Shown here: piece after piece, positions 45,446-51,192 of the stretch | Layout of the letters: each line of letters starts with the position of its first letter | How positions within the stretch are numbered: the stretch's first letter is position 1 | Source: a virus | Lineage: Duplodnaviria > Caudoviricetes | Direction: 5' to 3' (one strand) | Length of the DNA: 51,192 nt | Virus record (IMG/VR): IMGVR_UViG_3300027863_000050 | Span: 1-51,192 of that record | Translations under genes and position numbers: made by a program | The notes under the pieces: generated by a model | The model's database searches: none | The model's input: only the letters and a program-made list of their open reading frames with translations | What the model was told of the DNA's origin: nothing

Positions 45446-46857
45446 TGGGTCTACAGGACGGCTATCAGGAACGGCAGTTGAACCAGATGGCCCACCAGGA
45501 GCAGTTGCATCCGGGCCAGTTGATTGATGGCACGGTCGACGTCAATTCGACCGTAACGGGCATCCACAACGCGCTACTCGACAAGTGGCCGAGCGGCCAA
45601 ATTGACACGACCACGGGCTACTTGACGGTGGTCAATTACCGGCAGGCGGGGACTGGCGCGGCTCCGATTACCGACGCGCAGTTGGTGGATAGCGGCGATG
45701 CCTACCAAGGGAATTTCAAGGTTGCGCTGACGGTTGATGTTGGCGCGGAGGGTTCGGGGAGCACTGCGGGCAAAATCGATTTCTTCCTGAACTTCGGCAG
45801 TGGCAGCGCGGGCATCAACGGCTACATGTTCGAGATTGACTACACCTCGGGCGATTATGCGGGCACGATTTACCGAGTCGACAACGGGGTGTTGACCAAT
45901 ATCGGCACGCAGAAGCAGGCGGTCAATGCGGCGCAGTTGAACGGCTGGAAGCACGCGACAATCCAATACCATGCGACCGGCACGGCGGCGGGCAAGATGG
46001 CTCTCTACGTTGCGGGGCATCTTCAGGCAATCGCGCTGGACACGACCTATACCGGCACTTACCTGTTGAGTTACGCGGCCTACGGGGCTGAGGGATACAT
46101 CAGGAGAGCGGCGATTACTGCGCAACACGAATTGCCCGCGGATACGTTCGATCCGAACCTGCGTCCGTATATCGACCTCTCGCAGTCGGGGCACCTGAAC
46201 AAAATTCTCGACAACATTGCGGATGGCACCACCTACAAGCGCGTCGCTAACGTAAGCGCCTCGAATTTGATTACAACGGCAAGCGTAACCCCGGCGGCAA
46301 TCAACAATATCGCCATCGCAGAAAACACTTCCAGCCAGACCGTCACGACTACCGTGGTTAGTGGAACAACTCCGCCTACGGCGCCGTCAACCTGGACGCA
46401 GGTCGCTTCGGTCGCATTGACAGTCGCAAGTTCGACCGACTACATCCGCCTGCAATCCCTGGTTGCGATGACACTAACGAACTTTTTTCTTTGTGCAAGC
46501 AATTATGCGCTTAAGGGTTCTACGCCTACTACCGTAGTATATGACCAAATCTGGGCACGAATTAGGGAAACAACCACCGACACCATTGTCTGGCAAACAA
46601 CATCAGGTCAGTACTTTGGGAAGTATACTCAAATTTACAATGGAAGCAGCTTTTGGTATGCATCTAACATGGCATGCGGACTGGACGGCCCCATTGCTGG
46701 CGTCCCTGGCTCAAAACTCATAACTGGTCTGTCGGGCTCGTTGAATTTTGTTCTGGAAATCGGTGCGACAGACATGACCAAGCAGTACGTATCAGGCAGT
46801 GCGCTTAGCGTGACCGTTACTGACGCCTATATCGAAGCGTGGGACATCCAACGATGA
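45445..46857 (+). CDS. Tail fibre / receptor-binding protein
   Basis: Thr/Ser/Gly-rich, LDNIADGTTYKRV repeat-type motif, lower-GC C-terminal part. Confidence 0.6.
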   Translation: MGLQDGYQERQLNQMAHQEQLHPGQLIDGTVDVNSTVTGIHNALLDKWPSGQIDTTTGYLTVVNYRQAGTGAAPITDAQLVDSGDAYQGNFKVALTVDVGAEGSGSTAGKIDFFLNFGSGSAGINGYMFEIDYTSGDYAGTIYRVDNGVLTNIGTQKQAVNAAQLNGWKHATIQYHATGTAAGKMALYVAGHLQAIALDTTYTGTYLLSYAAYGAEGYIRRAAITAQHELPADTFDPNLRPYIDLSQSGHLNKILDNIADGTTYKRVANVSASNLITTASVTPAAINNIAIAENTSSQTVTTTVVSGTTPPTAPSTWTQVASVALTVASSTDYIRLQSLVAMTLTNFFLCASNYALKGSTPTTVVYDQIWARIRETTTDTIVWQTTSGQYFGKYTQIYNGSSFWYASNMACGLDGPIAGVPGSKLITGLSGSLNFVLEIGATDMTKQYVSGSALSVTVTDAYIEAWDIQR

Positions 46858-47282
46858 TGACCTATTGGTTCAGCTACGATTCGACTACTGGCGCAGGAGT
46901 TGGACGCGGTGTTGCGGCTGTCTCGCTCGATCTTGTCTCACAAGCCGATCCTTTGCGTTCATTTATCGAGATAACGCCTGAGGAGTATGCATCAATTGAT
47001 CGAGCAGATCATTTCCGCGTTGATGCGGGTAAGTTGGTTAGGAAAACCGAAGTAACGATTGCTGCAAATGCCACTTCGGCACCAACAAGCGAAAGCATAA
47101 CAGTATCGTGGACACCTGCGGTTGAAGCGGAAGTTCACGTTAATTACAGCAGCGTCGGGACCCATGCAGGCACTGTAGAGCTGACAAGCTCTGTGCCATC
47201 GCGTTTTCTGGTGCAGGTAATGGACCCGCACTACTTCAGCGAGCCAATCTATATAACGTTTGAGGATGTGTCGAATGGGTAA
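46854..47282 (+). CDS. Tail-fibre-associated protein
   Basis: ATGA-coupled to fibre gene; FIEITPEEY motif. Confidence 0.5.
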   Translation: MMTYWFSYDSTTGAGVGRGVAAVSLDLVSQADPLRSFIEITPEEYASIDRADHFRVDAGKLVRKTEVTIAANATSAPTSESITVSWTPAVEAEVHVNYSSVGTHAGTVELTSSVPSRFLVQVMDPHYFSEPIYITFEDVSNG

Positions 47283-47541
47283 GGTTGACCTAACTGAACG
47301 CGCGGGATACCAGCCGCAGCCCGCACAATCCGATTCGGAAAAGCTGCGGCTCGTCGTCATAGACCAACACGAAGCGACCGTTGAATGTACGGCGGCAACG
47401 CGAATGAACACGCAGGCAACCCAACGCGCACAGAGTTCGATGGATGTGCTTGTGAGTCAAATTGGAGCGCTTATCCAAAAGATGATCGAACTGTGCGAGC
47501 GGATGGATACGGTCGCGGATTTATTGCGGAAGCGTCCATGA
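47275..47541 (+). CDS. Hypothetical coiled-coil protein
   Basis: Coupled to neighbours. Confidence 0.5.
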   Translation: MGKVDLTERAGYQPQPAQSDSEKLRLVVIDQHEATVECTAATRMNTQATQRAQSSMDVLVSQIGALIQKMIELCERMDTVADLLRKRP

Positions 47542-48335
47542 GAGTCTGGGTGTTCGGCGGTACGGCAGGAATCGGAAAAGCGGTCGCGCAAATCTATGCG
47601 GCGCGTGGAGAAGACGTGCTATGTCTTGCGCGGCGTGCATCGGATATTGCGGGGGTGCGCAGCGAGCGGCTTGACCTTGACCAACCTGGGTCAATGGTAG
47701 GCAACGCAGTTGAGCGGCTCTTGCTGGCTGAAGGTCTCGACCCCGACGACCGCGAGTTACGCGACTCGGTTTTGAGCGGTGAAACGCAGATTAGCTCGTT
47801 CCGCAAGCGCTGGTTTTTGTCAAAACGTGGAGCTCCTGACCTTGCAATCGTAAGCAGCGGAATCGGTGCTTACATTCGGCAAGACCTATGGCGGGACGAC
47901 TGGTGGACAGATAGCAGAGGTGCGCGGCACGCAGGCATCAACACCATCTTTCGTGTGAATGCTATTTCGCGGATGTGGGCGGCCAACGAGCTTATTCGTG
48001 CAATGCGCCGTAAGCGATCGGGCAAAGTGGTCCTGATAGGTTCGCGATGCTCTACTCGCGGAGCACACGCATTGGAGGTCTATGCAGCGTCGCATGCGGC
48101 CTTACGAGGTTATGTGCTGAGCGCTTGTCGCCATCCGGCAAAGCGTGGCGTTACAGTTGGGTTGGTCGAAGTTGGTTGGACATTGACTCCAATGACAGCG
48201 AATCTCGCACCCCATGTAAAGTCCGCAATTGAGCGCGAACTTGGAAAGATGATGACAGCCGAGCAGGCAGCAGAACAAATTGTCAGTGCGTGCGAACGCA
48301 TAACGGCGGGTGAAATCCTGGAGATTGGAAAGTGA
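47538..48335 (+). CDS. Short-chain dehydrogenase/reductase (SDR) family protein
   Basis: GGTAGIGKAVA Rossmann motif, FRVN, GKVVLIGS, YAASH, GWTLTPM. Confidence 0.85.
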   Translation: MRVWVFGGTAGIGKAVAQIYAARGEDVLCLARRASDIAGVRSERLDLDQPGSMVGNAVERLLLAEGLDPDDRELRDSVLSGETQISSFRKRWFLSKRGAPDLAIVSSGIGAYIRQDLWRDDWWTDSRGARHAGINTIFRVNAISRMWAANELIRAMRRKRSGKVVLIGSRCSTRGAHALEVYAASHAALRGYVLSACRHPAKRGVTVGLVEVGWTLTPMTANLAPHVKSAIERELGKMMTAEQAAEQIVSACERITAGEILEIGK

Positions 48336-49003
48336 GCGGGCCGGTCGAAATAATTGTCCACGTTCCGGCGGTTCACGTTGAGCCGTGGCGGATAATCGAA
48401 CCGCATCCTGCAATGCGTCGTTTTCTCGCACTGGATCAGCCGATGCCGATAGGCGTACGCGTGGATACACCACGGCTAGTATTGGAGGTGGAACGGCCGC
48501 GCGACCAGTTGTCGCTCCTTGGCGAGGCTCTCTTGGCAACCATAGAGGCAGAAAAGCCACGATTCCATCGTGCGCGTGCAGATGCAACCCACCTGTTTGA
48601 GGCAAGCGGCACTACGATAATGGTGACTGGTTACGACGCTACCGGCAGCCACGTTCTGTTCGGCACGTGGGATTTTGGGGAAACAGTCGATGCAGCTTTG
48701 CAACGGCTCGCTGAAGCTCGACGAATCGCCCGACTACCTGCACCAATTGCGAGTGTGCTGTTTGAGCGTTCAACGGTAAGTGAGTTGCCGCCACCACAGA
48801 TCGTTCTGAGCAACTGCATCCCACTTGGTATCGATGACCCTACCACGACACTGGGCGGATATGACAGCGGTGTGCCGATGACGCTCGCGGTCGGCCGTAA
48901 AACGATGCATCTTGTGGTGGACCATCGTGTATTTAACCCGCCCGACGAGGCGGCTCTCTTGTGGGGCGAGCACGGGATTCTAGGAAGGCTAATGACACAA
49001 TGA
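48332..49003 (+). CDS. Putative 2-oxoacid dehydrogenase E2/CAT-like acyltransferase domain protein
   Basis: IVLSN and C-terminal LVVDHRVFN resembling the catalytic DHRxxDG motif. Confidence 0.5.
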   Translation: MSGPVEIIVHVPAVHVEPWRIIEPHPAMRRFLALDQPMPIGVRVDTPRLVLEVERPRDQLSLLGEALLATIEAEKPRFHRARADATHLFEASGTTIMVTGYDATGSHVLFGTWDFGETVDAALQRLAEARRIARLPAPIASVLFERSTVSELPPPQIVLSNCIPLGIDDPTTTLGGYDSGVPMTLAVGRKTMHLVVDHRVFNPPDEAALLWGEHGILGRLMTQ

Positions 49004-49305
49004 ACGGCGAACCTTTTAATTGGACAGAGTTTCTTTCGGGAAAGCTTGGCTTGATTGGCATCATCTACGGCTCGGTTGTTTTTTCCGCGATGTTGGCGTT
49101 ATTTCTGGTCTATGGCGCTCCGTGGGAAAGCCGCCACGATGCAGACGTGCAGGCGCGAGTGTTCGAGTCCGAAATCGAGAGCTTGGCTTCCGCGCAGGCA
49201 GTTACCCAAAAGCAGCTGAACGAGCTGACCGTTCACGAAGCGCGGTTTGAACAACAGGTCCTGGAACTGCAAAAAGAAATGGATGCGATGAGACGGGGGC
49301 GCTGA
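49000..49305 (+). CDS. Membrane-anchored coiled-coil protein (holin/lysis accessory candidate)
   Basis: One TM segment plus coiled coil directly upstream of the endolysin. Confidence 0.5.
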   Translation: MNGEPFNWTEFLSGKLGLIGIIYGSVVFSAMLALFLVYGAPWESRHDADVQARVFESEIESLASAQAVTQKQLNELTVHEARFEQQVLELQKEMDAMRRGR

Positions 49306-49308
49306 GGG

Positions 49309-49842
49309 ATGGACTTCGACACTTGTTTGGGGATTCTCTCGACAATCGAAGGTGGCTGGACCGTGGATTCGGGCGGCCCGACCTACCGCGGTGTGACTCA
49401 GGAAACCTACGACGTTTGGCGGCGCAGGCACGCGCTTCCGGGCCGTCCGGTCCGCGAGATGACCGATGCGGAAATGCGGGCCATCTACTACGAGAACTAC
49501 TGGCTTCCGCTTCATTGCGGCGCGCTACCTGACGGCTGGGCCGTGTTCCTGTTCGTCCAGGCGGTCAACCTGCCATGGGGGGACGCAGTATTGATCATGC
49601 AAGGTGCGTTGATGTACGAAGGCGCATATACGGGCGCGATTGATGGAGCGATCGGGCCGATGACGATAGGCGCGGCGCGTTCGAAGCCCGCGGCGGTATT
49701 CACGGCTATCCAGGCTTGTATCGGCCACTACGCGATCAATTCTCCGCCTAACGAGCAGCGAGGGCTGATTGTTGGACGATTGGGCAAGCTCAAGGCAGCA
49801 ATCGAGAGATTAGGGTCTGCGGGGGCGATCGATGGGTCATGA
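49309..49842 (+). CDS. Glycoside hydrolase family 108 endolysin
   Basis: IEGGW...DSGGPTYRGVTQ, AIYYENYW, IDGAIGPMT. Confidence 0.9.
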   Translation: MDFDTCLGILSTIEGGWTVDSGGPTYRGVTQETYDVWRRRHALPGRPVREMTDAEMRAIYYENYWLPLHCGALPDGWAVFLFVQAVNLPWGDAVLIMQGALMYEGAYTGAIDGAIGPMTIGAARSKPAAVFTAIQACIGHYAINSPPNEQRGLIVGRLGKLKAAIERLGSAGAIDGS

Positions 49843-50051
49843 AGGAAGAGGAGCTAAAAAAGCTAAAGGAAGCCGAAGACTACGTAAATCTGTTCCTGAG
49901 CGGCGGCCAGTGCACAAAGAGCACGCACGAGCCCGCACGCCAGCTCCACAAGCTGATCGCCTGGAAGCTGCTCACGCTGGAGTTTCCGCATCTAAGTCGC
50001 AATCTCGCGGAGATCGAGCGGGAGATCATCAAGGAGCTGAAACGAGGCTGA
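49839..50051 (+). CDS. Hypothetical protein
   Basis: ATGA-coupled, 70 aa. Confidence 0.5.
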   Translation: MKEEELKKLKEAEDYVNLFLSGGQCTKSTHEPARQLHKLIAWKLLTLEFPHLSRNLAEIEREIIKELKRG

Positions 50052-50169
50052 AACGTTGGTGCACGCGCTGCGGAAAACATATCGCGCGATACGACTGGAT
50101 TCCGCACGTGCTCGCGGTACACGGGGACGATTTTCGCAAGTATCTCGGCGGCACGCCCGATGGCGCTGG

Positions 50170-50466
50170 ATGGGCGTCAATGGGCTATCAGTGGTAATGC
50201 TGCTGTCCGGCTGCGGACCCACGATAACCACTATGAACGTGCAAACGCATCTTACGCAGGCGGGACAATGCGAAGTGGTGCTGGCAAAACCAGGTATTCC
50301 GATTATCGACCCCGTGTCGGAATTCGTGGTGTGCCGCGACGAAGCGGGCCGGTTGCGGTTCCCGTTTGGCGAGGAATCGTCTGATATAATCAGCAACGCT
50401 GCGGGCGGCCTGTCGGGTGCGGTAGATGCAGCCTCGAAGGTCGGCGCAATCAACGGAGGGTTATGA
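50170..50466 (+). CDS. Putative lipoprotein
   Basis: LSVVMLLSGC lipobox-like motif; start uncertain. Confidence 0.5.
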   Translation: MGVNGLSVVMLLSGCGPTITTMNVQTHLTQAGQCEVVLAKPGIPIIDPVSEFVVCRDEAGRLRFPFGEESSDIISNAAGGLSGAVDAASKVGAINGGL

Positions 50467-51192
50467 GTATGAGCTTGCTAACCATGCTTGAGCAGGAGGT
50501 CGGTGTTGTCGAAGACGACATCAAGGGCGTCGCGGCGCTTATTTGGCGCGACGTGAAGGCTGCGGCCAGCGAGGTCGAGGCAATCGCCGTCGATGACTTC
50601 AAGGCCGCTTTGCCCGCGTTTACCAAGGCGGTCAAGGATTACGCGCTGCAAATCGTCCAGGAATTGGAGCAGGACCCGGTTTTTTCGGGCGCGCTTGGTT
50701 CCTGGAAGTTCGGGATAGCCGCGGCGCGCTTGTGGGCGGCCGTGAAGGCTGGCATTCCGGGGTTCGAGAATCTGGCCGTATCGTTCGGACAATCAACGGT
50801 TGAAACCATCGTGCAGGATTCCGTGAAGTCGCTACTGGTCGGTGTGACCGCAAACCCTACTTCATCGTCGGCGAGTTCGCAGGCGGGTTCGTCGGCGGGG
50901 TCCTCGGCGGCATCCTCAAAGGCATGAAATGATGCGCTTTCTGCGATATATCGCGCTCGTGCTGGCGTTGTGGCCGTCGCTTTGTTGGGGGCAGACCACG
51001 GTAACGATTACCGGCACGTTGCTCGACAACTCGGGCAATCCGCTTTCGGGCGTCCAGGTAATCGAGCAGCCGATCTATCCGACGATGGTCAGCGGCGCGT
51101 TGGTCTCGCCGAACCCGGTGAGCACCTACACGAATTCATCCGGCGCGTTTTCGTTGGTCGCGGTAGGTGGGGTGTACGCGGCGCTGTATGTG
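50300..51192. repeat. Terminal direct repeat, copy 2
   Basis: Matches 1-893, including a second copy of the 154-aa gene (50463-50927). Confidence 0.97.

Noticed and set aside
1-51192. Integrase/lysogeny module, tRNAs, reverse transcriptase or DGR, self-targets of the array guides
   Set aside because: None recognised by eye; an exhaustive paired-spacer search and tRNA scan could not be run, so absence is not proven

Overview
The window looks like an essentially complete ~50.3 kb dsDNA phage genome with podovirus-type gene content. The last 893 bp repeat the first 893 bp at about 97% identity, so the contig appears to run once round a circular map. Modules in order: lysis/virion accessory genes (ends); a rightward recombination/replication operon (Bet-like annealase, YqaJ exonuclease, ERCC4 nuclease, Toprim primase-helicase); a TnpB-only IS200/IS605 element; a leftward cluster of small genes separated by repeated GC hairpins; a ~1.1 kb divergent non-coding region; and a rightward packaging/structural operon (TerL, portal, scaffold, capsid, ejection proteins, tail, GH108 endolysin). 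The standout feature is at 6284-8738. A nuclease-less Nop/IS110-like gene is flanked by two arrays (22 and 14 units) of exact 36-nt dual-repeat, dual-spacer units, which matches the architecture of a TIGR-Tas RNA-guided system, and individual half-spacers are reused in new pairings. The second unexplained structure is a cluster of at least 12 near-perfect sigma54 (-24/-12) motifs in both orientations in the non-coding region. No integrase, tRNA, rRNA or CRISPR-cas locus was recognised. All product calls come from visual motif recognition, not database searches.
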